This document shows positions 41,063 to 50,065 of a DNA stretch of 64,000 nucleotides, one piece after another; positions within the stretch are counted from its first letter, which is position 1, and each line of letters opens with the position of its first letter. The notes beneath the pieces are model-generated. The model did not search any database. It saw only the letters and a program-made list of their open reading frames with translations, and was not told where the DNA came from. Source of the stretch: Spirochaetia bacterium (GTDB taxonomy: Bacteria; Spirochaetota; Spirochaetia; CADAEX01). The stretch is taken from assembly GCA_045606105.1 (NCBI GenBank), contig JAZURI010000001.1, positions 127,287 through 191,286 of the forward strand, read 5' to 3'. The translations under genes were made by a program, and so were the position numbers.

Positions 41063-41077
41063 AAATTTATGATTTTC

Positions 41078-41500
41078 TCAGTTCAGAAGCCCGGTTCCGT
41101 AAAGAAAGGTCTGCGGTGTCCGGACGGTGATTCCGGCAGCCCTGTAATCCTTGATATTTCTTGTCAGTATTGTCCTTATCTGCTGTCCCTGCGCGGTGAA
41201 ACATTGGATTGCATCTTCAAAATCGCTGAAATCTGAATTCAGGGCTCTGTCAATGATTTTATCGGAGGAATCAATGATATTGATAATCAGCCGCAGTTTC
41301 CGGAGTGCAGCTTTTGCCTGTTCTGTACCGATTTTTTTTCTGAGAATGTAAAAAACATTGCAGAAAACGGTAGGGGATGTATAAAGTTCAAATTTTTTCA
41401 TTTCTGCAAATGTAAACAGCAATGCAGAAAAATGAAAATGAGGAATCCTGTGAGCCAGAAGATCCAGAATTACATCGGAATCAATATAAACCTTATTCAT
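41078..41500 (-). CDS. PIN-domain toxin (VapC-like)
   Basis: IDSDVILD, DFEDAIQ, TRNIKDY. Confidence 0.9.
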   Translation of the reverse strand: MNKVYIDSDVILDLLAHRIPHFHFSALLFTFAEMKKFELYTSPTVFCNVFYILRKKIGTEQAKAALRKLRLIINIIDSSDKIIDRALNSDFSDFEDAIQCFTAQGQQIRTILTRNIKDYRAAGITVRTPQTFLYGTGLLN

Positions 41501-41741
41501 ATTTTGTACTCAGATACTCTTCGTAATCAGCTTTGAAGTCATAATCATCAGGCAGGGAGATGATTCCGTCAAGTTCTCTGACCAAAGATGAATATTCCGT
41601 AGTCCGGGGAACAGAAGGTGAAGAGATGCTTTCAAAAAAGCTTTCTACCAGCCTGGAAAGGGAGATTCCCTCTGCCGCCACATAATTCTTTGCTTTCTGA
41701 ATAGAATCTGAATTCAGTTTCAGGGTAAGTTTTACATCCAT
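41493..41741 (-). CDS. Antitoxin, DUF6364 (RHH-like)
   Basis: MDVKLTLKL...AKNY...SLSRLVE...KYE; overlaps PIN gene. Confidence 0.85.
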   Translation of the reverse strand: MDVKLTLKLNSDSIQKAKNYVAAEGISLSRLVESFFESISSPSVPRTTEYSSLVRELDGIISLPDDYDFKADYEEYLSTKYE

Positions 41742-41778
41742 ATACGTATAAGATAATTTATAAAATACGTATTGTCAA
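41742..41778 (-). promoter_or_regulatory. TA promoter with two ATACGTAT palindromic operators
   Basis: TTGACA-17bp-TATCTT; ATACGTAT at 41742-41749 and 41765-41772. Confidence 0.7.
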
Positions 41779-41803
41779 GAGGAAGGTTTAAACCCGGTCC
41801 GGT

Positions 41804-42290
41804 TTACCTGTGGAAGAAAATTCTCCTGATTTCCCTGATATTTCCTGTCAGCTTTACGACAGCAAAGGGTATAACCAAGGTCACGAGATAGAGAATCACG
41901 ATATACGAAAGAGGCTTTCCGGTTCCGCTTTTCAGCCTGTATTCGTTCAGATACCAGCCGGCAAGGAGAAGTCCCATGAAGCCGGACAACGGTCTGAGAT
42001 GAAATTTTGCAAGGAATGTACTTGCATGCATGCCGCAGTTTAAGTGCAATGATGATGCCTGCTATGTATTTCTTGTTTTCCCTTTTTACAAAGAGTCTGA
42101 GAACAGGAATCATAAGATACATTCCCAAAAGCATCAGCATATACCAGAGGTGGGGATATTCCGAACCCTGGAACCGGATGATAAATCCGATGAACTCTGC
42201 CGGATTTACGGTTCTTCCCTCCATGACCGGAAGAAGAACGGAATAGAAAAGTCCGTAAGCTGTCATCCAGCCTGCTGTGTTTTCGTAGCA
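41804..42290 (-). pseudogene. Fragmented acyltransferase family 3 gene
   Basis: HLWYMLMLLGMYLMIPVL motif; continuation in another frame (GFMGLLLAGWYL); most of the protein missing. Confidence 0.6.
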
Positions 42291-42520
42291 TTTAGCTGGT
42301 TACAATAATACATACAGCGACAAATTCGCTTTTCTGTGACAGGAATCTGATTGGCAGGCTTCTCTGCGTTACGATAGGAGCAGCCGTTGTGGTTTGGTCG
42401 ATGCGGTGTCTTTTCCAGTTCTGCTCCTTCGAGTAAAAATGAGCGGAGTTGGTGGCTTTGGAGACCGTAGTCTCTTACTGCATTTGCAATACTTTTGATA
42501 TTTGCATGGTCTTTAAACAT
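42263..42520 (-). pseudogene. Probable 3'-truncated third gene of the defence cassette
   Basis: ATG 30 bp after the GmrSD stop, same atypical codon style, runs into the acyltransferase fragment. Confidence 0.4.
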
Positions 42521-42550
42521 GCTGTAACCCCCGCTCTTGGAAAAGTCAGA

Positions 42551-44371
42551 TCAAATCCCAAGATAAGTACATAACCGATTGGTTTGCTCCTGCAGACGAT
42601 CTTCGATCTGAGGTAGTTTCCACATCTTTTCGGAAGTAGAGCAAACCTGTTCAACAACTCTTTGGACTGCGATAAGTCTGCTCTTTTTGTATTGGGAAAT
42701 CTTTTTGCAGATATTCTTATCTTGAATGCTGCGATTAATAGCGCGATCTAACGCCACAAGATTTCCGATAGAATTGTAAATATTTGCGTGCTCGTCATCT
42801 TCCTGCATAAAACGATTTCTCGCATATATATGTTCCATATCATATTGGAAATTATCCCAGTCGAACAATTTGCTGCTTATCTCTTCAACAGTTACATCTG
42901 CTTCTAATTCGTCCAATAAGGCCGACAACGTACACACAATAAAGGAACGTGTTCCATTATCAAACAAATTATTGCCGATTCGATATCTGAATTCATTTGC
43001 GTTCCAACCATTGGCATCTTTCCCCCAGTCGTAAGGGGAGTTCTTTATGCGGTTCTGGATTTCTTTTTCCAATTGATTCCCTTTTGCCAGCATCGGGAGA
43101 ACAGTTCCGCAAATATAGGTCTGGACTGGATTGATGACCTTATCAAAGTTCACAGAACAAACAATAAGATATTTTGCAACTGCTAATGCAGAATGCATTG
43201 CCGATGCAAATTTATCAATTCGTAGCTTTTTCGAATCAGCATTTTCGCATTTGAAATAAGCAGCAACGTACGGCAATGTCCAATAGCGGCTATATCGCGT
43301 CATACAAAGCAATTCTATAGCAAACAGTTCACCTTTAGGAATATTCTTTGCCAGTGCACTGTTACCGGACGCAAGGTGTTTATTCAAATCAATGATAATG
43401 TCAAGTAATCTTTCAAACTCTTCAAAGCTCAGTATTTTTGCTTTGGGCTCCACCTTGACTGTTTTACCGTTTCTTGTCGAAAGAATCTCTTCAAAAAAAG
43501 CCTCGTGCCCTTTAGACAGCATTTCAAACTTAAGTTCATAGCAAGCCACTATGCAGTGTTTGTAAATGTCAAGAACATCCTGCATATCAAGATTATGCTC
43601 CTTAGCTTTTTCATAGCAAGAACTAATCTGCTGCATCCAATCTTCTTGATTAGGATAGGTCTTTTTCAGAAACTCATAGTATTGCAGTTTAAAGAGATCC
43701 GAACAGTTCAGATCAAGACCTGTTGTATTTATGGTATTAAAAATTCCAACTACCTGTGGGAGAGGGATATCTGTGGTTGTAAGGGCAACAAAATATATCT
43801 TGTCCAGAACAGTTTCAAACAACTTCTGTGCATCTCTTTGCCGATCAAGACTTCCTTCAAGGATTTCCTCAATCTCGTCTTTGATATAGCATAAATTCTT
43901 TTCGTAAATGCTCTTTGTTCGTTCGAACTCGGCTCTGGCTTTTTTACTTCCGCTGACACAAGGAATACAGTCATAGTCAAGTTTCAATACCTGCGAAAGC
44001 TCATCTGCATTAGCCGCGATGTTGCGAATATCCAACGCCATCTGATTTTCATTAATGGTATTGCTGCCAACAAGCTTATCCATCACATGACAGAACAGCA
44101 AGAAAGTTGTCATTCGCTGTTGTCCATCAATAACATGGAACTTGTCTGGTCTTTCGCTATCGAACGCAAACTGAACGGTACCCATGAAAACATCTTCGCC
44201 ATCCAAACTTCTTTTTATGCTGGTGGCAAATGCAGCAATTTGGTCTTCGCCCCAAGAATACTCTCGTTGATACTCCGGAATGATATAGAATTTTTTGTAG
44301 GCGAAAATTGATGGGAGCCCATCTTTTCTCGGAATAAGACGCACAATCTTTGAATCCATTGGAATGCTCAT
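42551..44371 (-). CDS. DUF262 + DUF1524 (HNH) protein, GmrSD/SspE-like modification-dependent nuclease
   Basis: IPEYQREYSW, IDGQQR, IFNTINTTGLDL; EHIYA...IGNLVAL...N. Confidence 0.88.
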   Translation of the reverse strand: MSIPMDSKIVRLIPRKDGLPSIFAYKKFYIIPEYQREYSWGEDQIAAFATSIKRSLDGEDVFMGTVQFAFDSERPDKFHVIDGQQRMTTFLLFCHVMDKLVGSNTINENQMALDIRNIAANADELSQVLKLDYDCIPCVSGSKKARAEFERTKSIYEKNLCYIKDEIEEILEGSLDRQRDAQKLFETVLDKIYFVALTTTDIPLPQVVGIFNTINTTGLDLNCSDLFKLQYYEFLKKTYPNQEDWMQQISSCYEKAKEHNLDMQDVLDIYKHCIVACYELKFEMLSKGHEAFFEEILSTRNGKTVKVEPKAKILSFEEFERLLDIIIDLNKHLASGNSALAKNIPKGELFAIELLCMTRYSRYWTLPYVAAYFKCENADSKKLRIDKFASAMHSALAVAKYLIVCSVNFDKVINPVQTYICGTVLPMLAKGNQLEKEIQNRIKNSPYDWGKDANGWNANEFRYRIGNNLFDNGTRSFIVCTLSALLDELEADVTVEEISSKLFDWDNFQYDMEHIYARNRFMQEDDEHANIYNSIGNLVALDRAINRSIQDKNICKKISQYKKSRLIAVQRVVEQVCSTSEKMWKLPQIEDRLQEQTNRLCTYLGI

Positions 44372-44399
44372 ATTATCACCTTACTTATCATCCGCAGAA

Positions 44400-45332
44400 T
44401 TATTTCAGCGTTTTATAAATTTCGTGAATGGTGGAGTTTGCCTGAACTATGGAGTATTTGGTCACGTTGGAGGTGTCTCCAATTGCATACATTTTGTATC
44501 CGTTAAGTTTCATCGCATCTTGAACGATTCTTTTCTTTTTCTGATCTTTTTCGCAAGATGTAAAATCCACCAGCAAAAGTCCCAATATCGGCTCGGCATC
44601 TTGAATGAGAGGCAAATTCTTTCCGGAAAGCGCATTGTAATATGTGATAACACGATTGTACTGGGTATTGATATTTGCCTTCTCATCCTCATCTTTAAGA
44701 CGGTCACGATAGCGGTTAAGTTGGTCAATCACCTCTGCCTGCTGATTATCTTTTCCGTACAAGCGAGAATCCTCCAGGCGCTTAACCTCCACAAACATAA
44801 GGCGGCGTTCTGCGGTATTGTAAAACACCAGATAGATACGCTCTGTCCGTTCAAATGCAGCTTCAAAGTCCAGCAAAACGATCTCGTGATCTTCCTCAAG
44901 ATTCAATGGAGAAAAACGATAAAACTTGGATGCCTGGGTACTCTCTTTCGAACTCTCTTTTTCGATATTGGCACGAATTTCAGGAAGCACCTTTGCAAAG
45001 GTTTTTCCGTCTATTCCTGCTTCATCTAACCATTCTCTTTCATTCAGGTACTTCTCTTCTCTCGTTTTTTTCTCTTCTCTCGCTTTAAGCACCGTTGAGC
45101 GGCACAAAGGCAGGTATAGGTTATTAACTGTGGGGGTAAACGGTTTTTTTGCGGGCAAATTGCATAGCTGATTACCATGATAATAGATGGTTGCCTCTTC
45201 ATTGCGGAATGCAAGAAAGGCCTTGCCTTTTTCCAGCAAAGTATGCTTAATGTCTGATAAAAAACCTTGACTTATCGCATTCTTGAAATCTGCAAAGTTT
45301 TCAATATACCGTGAAAAATTTGATTTTTTCAT
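44400..45332 (-). CDS. Hypothetical protein with PD-(D/E)XK-like C-terminal domain
   Basis: LDFEAAF...RIYLV...FVEVK...QLNRY; GGGAG RBS before MKKS. Confidence 0.6.
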   Translation of the reverse strand: MKKSNFSRYIENFADFKNAISQGFLSDIKHTLLEKGKAFLAFRNEEATIYYHGNQLCNLPAKKPFTPTVNNLYLPLCRSTVLKAREEKKTREEKYLNEREWLDEAGIDGKTFAKVLPEIRANIEKESSKESTQASKFYRFSPLNLEEDHEIVLLDFEAAFERTERIYLVFYNTAERRLMFVEVKRLEDSRLYGKDNQQAEVIDQLNRYRDRLKDEDEKANINTQYNRVITYYNALSGKNLPLIQDAEPILGLLLVDFTSCEKDQKKKRIVQDAMKLNGYKMYAIGDTSNVTKYSIVQANSTIHEIYKTLK

Positions 45333-45413
45333 AATTGGTTTCTCCCTTTTATTACACAGGATATATAAAACAGAGTTTTCATGACATACTCCTATCTGCA
45401 ACCACAATGCAAT

Positions 45414-45441
45414 AAAAAACCCCGCAGACACCTGCGGGGCT
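45414..45441 (-). terminator. guaA intrinsic terminator
   Basis: CCCCGCAG-GTGT-CTGCGGGG-TTTTTT on minus strand. Confidence 0.85.
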
Positions 45442-45448
45442 GTAAGTC

Positions 45449-46429
45449 TTATTCCCACTCGATTGTTGCAGGTGGCTTGTCTGTTATGTCGTAGCAGACG
45501 CGGTTTACGTTCTCAACCTCGGAGGTAATCCTTGCTGCTGCCTTCTTCAGGATATCGTAAGGAATCTCGGCAACTCCTGCTGCCATGGCATCCTTGGAAA
45601 GAATGGCTCTGAGCACGATTGTCTGTCCGTAGGTTCTCAGGCCGTTCTTTACTCCTGTGGAAAGGATGCCCGGACATACTGCAAAATACTGCCAGATTGT
45701 TTTGTCCAGTCCTGCTGCTGCAATTTCCTCTCTCCAGATGGCATCTGCCTCTCTCACTGCCTCCAGCTTTTCGGATGTGATCTCACCTACGCATCTTACA
45801 CCCAGACCCGGTCCCGGGAATGGCTGGCGGTTTACCATGTGGTCAGGAAGTCCGATTGCTTTTCCCACCAGACGTACCTCGTCCTTGAAAAGCATCTTCA
45901 CAGGCTCCAGAAGGCTGAAGTCCATGTCCTCAGGAAGTCCCCCTACGTTGTGATGGGCCTTTACGGCACCGTTCTTGCTTTCAAGTATATCGGGATAGAT
46001 AGTTCCCTGTACCAGGAAATCGATTTTACCCAGCTTTCTTGCTTCCTCTTCGAAAACCCTGATGAATTCCTCGCCGATGATCTTTCTCTTTCTTTCAGGT
46101 TCATCAATTCCCTTCAGCTTGCCGAGAAATCTCTCTCTGGCATCAACGGAAATAAGGTTGATTCCCAGCTGCTTCCCCATGATGCGGTCAATTTCTTCAG
46201 GCTCATTCTTTCTCATGAGACCGTGATCCACAAATACGCATACCAGTCTGTCTCCGATAGCCTTGTGTACCAGGGCTGCGGCTACTGAGCTGTCAACACC
46301 GCCGGAAAGGGCACAGAGTGCTTTTCCGTCTCCTACGGTTTCCTTGATTTCCTTGATTATGTCTTCAACATAAGCTTCGGCGGTCCAGTTTTTTCCAAGA
46401 CCTCTTTCCTCGGAACTTTCTCTAACCAT
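45449..46429 (-). CDS. guaA: GMP synthase, ATP-pyrophosphatase/C-terminal subunit only (no GATase domain)
   Basis: [35 protein letters not shown]; 326 aa. Confidence 0.92.
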   Translation of the reverse strand: MVRESSEERGLGKNWTAEAYVEDIIKEIKETVGDGKALCALSGGVDSSVAAALVHKAIGDRLVCVFVDHGLMRKNEPEEIDRIMGKQLGINLISVDARERFLGKLKGIDEPERKRKIIGEEFIRVFEEEARKLGKIDFLVQGTIYPDILESKNGAVKAHHNVGGLPEDMDFSLLEPVKMLFKDEVRLVGKAIGLPDHMVNRQPFPGPGLGVRCVGEITSEKLEAVREADAIWREEIAAAGLDKTIWQYFAVCPGILSTGVKNGLRTYGQTIVLRAILSKDAMAAGVAEIPYDILKKAAARITSEVENVNRVCYDITDKPPATIEWE

Positions 46430-46501
46430 TAAATATATCTCCTATGCAGAATAATTTTAATATTGTTGATTTTCCATTGCAAGTATTTTGAAATATTTTT
46501 T

Positions 46502-46702
46502 TTAATAATGTGGCGGCTTCCTGGAAGGGATATCCTCCTCCACCATATCCATAAGCTCTCTTATCTTTTCCTTCATTATCCGGTTCTCGTGGGTAAGGGT
46601 CTCGATTTTTCTCCGATGCTCCTCGTCCGCCTTGATAAGCTCCATTACCGAATCCTCCAGAAAGGCCAGCTTTGTCTCTATTTTTATCAGTTCTTCATCC
46701 AT
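46502..46702 (-). CDS. slyX: SlyX family protein
   Basis: IETKLAFLE coiled coil; C-terminal PPHY. Confidence 0.85.
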   Translation of the reverse strand: MDEELIKIETKLAFLEDSVMELIKADEEHRRKIETLTHENRIMKEKIRELMDMVEEDIPSRKPPHY

Positions 46703-46703
46703 T

Positions 46704-48713
46704 TTATTTCTCCCATTTTGCAAACAGGTTGTCAAATTGCTCCAGAACGAAGGCTTCTTCGTCCTCCTTGCTCATTTTTTCCGCTTCCGTGGTCTGTTTT
46801 ATCAGTGTTCCCGGTATTTCCTCCAGGAATCTTGAAGGGCTGCATTCCATGGTTTCCCTCAGGTGATGCCTGGTCCGGCAGCTGGTTATATATAGCTTTT
46901 TCATGGCTCTGGTTACAGCCACGTAGAAAAGCCTTCTTTCCTCTTCTTCATTTTCCGGGTTTTCTTCCAGGGCTCTGGCATGGGGAATTATGGCATCTTC
47001 GCATCCTGCCAGGAATACAACCTTGAATTCAAGACCCTTGGCTGCATGTATGGTCATGAGATTTACCTTTCCCCCTTCGGAATCCTGGGCATCGTCCCTG
47101 GTAATCAGGGTTATCCTGTTCAGATATGTGTAGATGCTTGTGTCCTCGTTGTCGGGATCCCTTTCCCAGCGGTCCAGAAGATGGATGAAGGTCTGTATGT
47201 TCTTGTATTTCCACTTGGCCTCTTTCTCGTTCTTCTGATATTCCATCACCAGGTATTCCCAGTAATTGATATCCTCCACCATGGAGCTCAGGGCACCGGC
47301 CAGGTTTCTTCCTCCCACGAATCTTCCCTTGAACCGGTTGATCATGGTTACAAAATCCTCCAGCTGCAGCTTAATCCTTTCAGGAAGAGGGGAGCTGTGG
47401 GAATGGATATGGGCATTTATTGCCTCGAATACGGAGCAATGTCTCTCTTTTCCCGTATCGGTGATTATTTCCAGAGTCTTCTTTCCTATTCCCCGTCTCG
47501 GAACATTGATTATCCTGAGCAGGCTGATGTCATCCTCCGGATTTGTTATTACCCTCAGGTAGGCGATGATGTCCTTTATCTCCTTTCTCTGGAAAAAGCT
47601 CTGTCCTCCCGATACCGCGTATGGGATATCTGCCATAAGAAGTGCATCCTCAATGGCGGCAGCCAGGCTGTTGGTTCTGATAAGGATTCCGAAATCATCG
47701 TTCTTCAGCTTGTCCCGTCCCTTCAGCAGGGTGATGGTATCAGCTATGAATTCCGCCTCCTTCAGCTCGTTGTCGGGATAATTTATCTCTATAGGATTTC
47801 CCTCTCCCGATTTTGACCAGAGGCTTTTTCTCTTTCTTTTGGTATTGTGGGCTATGACACTGTTTGCCGCATCCAGGATTGTACCTGTGGAGCGGTAATT
47901 CTGCTCCAGCTTTATCTCCCTGACATCGGGAAAGTCCTTCTCGAACTGTACTATGTTTTCGTAATTGGCTCCGCGCCAGGAGTAAATGGACTGGTCATCG
48001 TCCCCCACCACACAGATGTTTCCCGATTCCTTGGCCAGCATATGGACAAAATCGTACTGGATTCTCGATGTATCCTGAAACTCATCCACCATGATATAAC
48101 GGTAGCGCTTCCTGTATTTTGCCAGAACCTCAGGATATTCGTTGAAAATCCTTATGGGCAGTACCAGCAGATCCTCGAAATCCACCGCATTGTACACCTT
48201 CAGATGGTCGTTGTATTCCTTGTAAAGGGCCTGAAACTGGCAGTTCTCGTTGTTCCATTCCGTTCTTCCGGTCTTTATTGCCGAAAAAATGTTGGAAATA
48301 TCATACAGGTCCAGGGTAGACGGATCCACCTTCATGGATCTTGCAGTCTCCTTGATCAGGGAAATCTTGTCGGTCTGGTCGTAAATGCTGAAATTCTCCT
48401 TGAAGCCCAGCATCGAGATACTTTCTCTCAGTATCTTTACCCCGAAGGCATGGAATGTGGATATGGTAAGAAGGGGCAGCTTTCTCCCCAGAAGGCTTTT
48501 TATCCTTTCCTCCATTTCCCGGGCCGCCTTGTTGGTGAAGGTCAGGGCCAGGATGGCTGACTGGGGGATTCCCTTGTCCAGCATGTTGGCGATTCTGTAG
48601 GTTATGGTTCTTGTCTTTCCGGAGCCTGCCCCTGCTATTACCAGGAACGCCCCTTCGGTTTCCCGTGCGGTTCTGCACTGTTCTGGATTAAGCTTGCTTT
48701 CAAGATCTATCAT
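46704..48713 (-). CDS. UvrD/Rep/PcrA ATP-dependent DNA helicase
   Basis: AGAGSGKT, DEFQD, GDDDQSIY, QNYRS, TIHAAKGLEF, EERRLFYVAVTRA. Confidence 0.95.
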   Translation of the reverse strand: MIDLESKLNPEQCRTARETEGAFLVIAGAGSGKTRTITYRIANMLDKGIPQSAILALTFTNKAAREMEERIKSLLGRKLPLLTISTFHAFGVKILRESISMLGFKENFSIYDQTDKISLIKETARSMKVDPSTLDLYDISNIFSAIKTGRTEWNNENCQFQALYKEYNDHLKVYNAVDFEDLLVLPIRIFNEYPEVLAKYRKRYRYIMVDEFQDTSRIQYDFVHMLAKESGNICVVGDDDQSIYSWRGANYENIVQFEKDFPDVREIKLEQNYRSTGTILDAANSVIAHNTKRKRKSLWSKSGEGNPIEINYPDNELKEAEFIADTITLLKGRDKLKNDDFGILIRTNSLAAAIEDALLMADIPYAVSGGQSFFQRKEIKDIIAYLRVITNPEDDISLLRIINVPRRGIGKKTLEIITDTGKERHCSVFEAINAHIHSHSSPLPERIKLQLEDFVTMINRFKGRFVGGRNLAGALSSMVEDINYWEYLVMEYQKNEKEAKWKYKNIQTFIHLLDRWERDPDNEDTSIYTYLNRITLITRDDAQDSEGGKVNLMTIHAAKGLEFKVVFLAGCEDAIIPHARALEENPENEEEERRLFYVAVTRAMKKLYITSCRTRHHLRETMECSPSRFLEEIPGTLIKQTTEAEKMSKEDEEAFVLEQFDNLFAKWEK

Positions 48714-48716
48714 AAA

Positions 48717-49196
48717 TCAGACTTCTTTTGTAAAGAACGAAAAGGCCTCTATTCCGAAATAGGAAATAAGGGTAACGATAACTCCGGCAATGAAAACACC
48801 GGCAAAAACCGACGGAAACAGCTTCCTTTTCTCTATTCCCAGTATCCAGCCTCCCACGGTTCCTGTTATGGCTCCGGTTACAGGCAGCGGAACTGCCACA
48901 AATACTGCAAGCCCGGCTGCACCGTATTTCTCTATGCTGGGTCCCACCTTTTTTCTTGTTTTCTCGATGAATCTGTCGAATATCCTCCTGTACAGCCCTA
49001 TCCTGTAGAAAACCCTGTGCAGTGTAACCAGGAAGGAGTAATAGAGGAGGCTGGCCAGACAGTTCATGACCACACAGTAGATGAAGGCGGCTGCCACAGG
49101 CATGCCGTTGGCCAGAGCGTAGGGGATGGCCCCCCTGAGTTCGGAAATAGGTGCTATACTTAATAATCCCGCTATGATCCAGGTTGTCATTTCCAT
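48717..49196 (-). CDS. COG2426 small multidrug-export-like membrane protein
   Basis: PISELRGAIP, FVAVPLPVTG. Confidence 0.85.
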   Translation of the reverse strand: MEMTTWIIAGLLSIAPISELRGAIPYALANGMPVAAAFIYCVVMNCLASLLYYSFLVTLHRVFYRIGLYRRIFDRFIEKTRKKVGPSIEKYGAAGLAVFVAVPLPVTGAITGTVGGWILGIEKRKLFPSVFAGVFIAGVIVTLISYFGIEAFSFFTKEV

Positions 49197-49999
49197 TATC
49201 TGTTTCTCTTCTCCAGAATTATTTTTACAGCTTCGTAGAAGCCCTCGCCCGATTCGTTTTCGGTGATGTATTTCGGCTTGCTTTCTATCCTGTCCAGGAA
49301 ATTCCTGATGTTGGCCACAGCCACGGAATGCTTCAGAGCCTTGAACATAGGCTCGTCGTTGGGGCTGTCTCCGGCATAGATTATCTCTTCCTGAAGCTCA
49401 TCCAGGGTCTTTCCCGTAAAGTCGTTTATAAAGGTATTGAAGCAGGAAACCTTGTTGTAATCGCCGTACCAGCAGTTCACATGGATGCTGGAAATCTTGG
49501 CTGTGGTTCCTTCCTCTGCCGCAATTTCGCATATTCTCTTTATCTTTTCATCCGGAAGGCGCTCCACATCCTCGCAGAAGTCTATTGCCAGGTCTGCAGT
49601 CCTGAATTCCTGATCCGATGCAATCCCGCATCCCGGAACCTCGGTCAGAACCCTTTCCCTGAGCCTCTGAAGCTTCTTTCTGGATTCGGCACGCTTTTCG
49701 TCGCTGTCCACATAGCGGCGGATGAATTTCCTGTTTTCCTCGTCATAGGCATAATAGAAGGCACCGTTTTCACCCACTACGCCGGCCACCGGCCACATCC
49801 TTGCTATCATGTCACACCATCCGGCCGGTCTTCCCGTTACCGGTACAAACCTGATTCCGTTCTTTTTCAGCTCCCACATGGCCTGAAAGGTGGAGGCAGG
49901 AATTTTTCCCCTTGTGGTGATGGTATCATCTATATCGGCAAAAAAAATTGAAAGTCTTTTGCAGAAACCTTCATCTATATCTTTTATATCCATACCCAT
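49196..49999 (-). CDS. HAD-IIB family hydrolase
   Basis: DIDDT, VTGR, GENG, GDSPND. Confidence 0.88.
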   Translation of the reverse strand: MGMDIKDIDEGFCKRLSIFFADIDDTITTRGKIPASTFQAMWELKKNGIRFVPVTGRPAGWCDMIARMWPVAGVVGENGAFYYAYDEENRKFIRRYVDSDEKRAESRKKLQRLRERVLTEVPGCGIASDQEFRTADLAIDFCEDVERLPDEKIKRICEIAAEEGTTAKISSIHVNCWYGDYNKVSCFNTFINDFTGKTLDELQEEIIYAGDSPNDEPMFKALKHSVAVANIRNFLDRIESKPKYITENESGEGFYEAVKIILEKRNR

Positions 50000-50006
50000 T
50001 TATAAC

Positions 50007-50037
50007 AAAAAAAAGCAGACTTGTTAAGTCTGCTTTT
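50007..50037 (-). terminator. Intrinsic terminator after repeat lipoprotein
   Basis: AAAAGCAGACTT/AAGTCTGCTTTT hairpin with T8 tail on minus strand. Confidence 0.8.
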
Positions 50038-50065
50038 GAGCTATAGTATTTAGAGAAATTTAAAC

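Noticed and set aside
46430-46501. Purine riboswitch upstream of guaA (or purL at 55710-55787)
   Set aside because: The leaders are short and AT-rich with no aptamer consensus.
49196-49999. HAD hydrolase as the missing phosphonatase PhnX
   Set aside because: It has a subclass IIB pattern (DIDDT/VTGR/GDSPND), not the PhnX DWAGT motif, and belongs to the uvrD operon.
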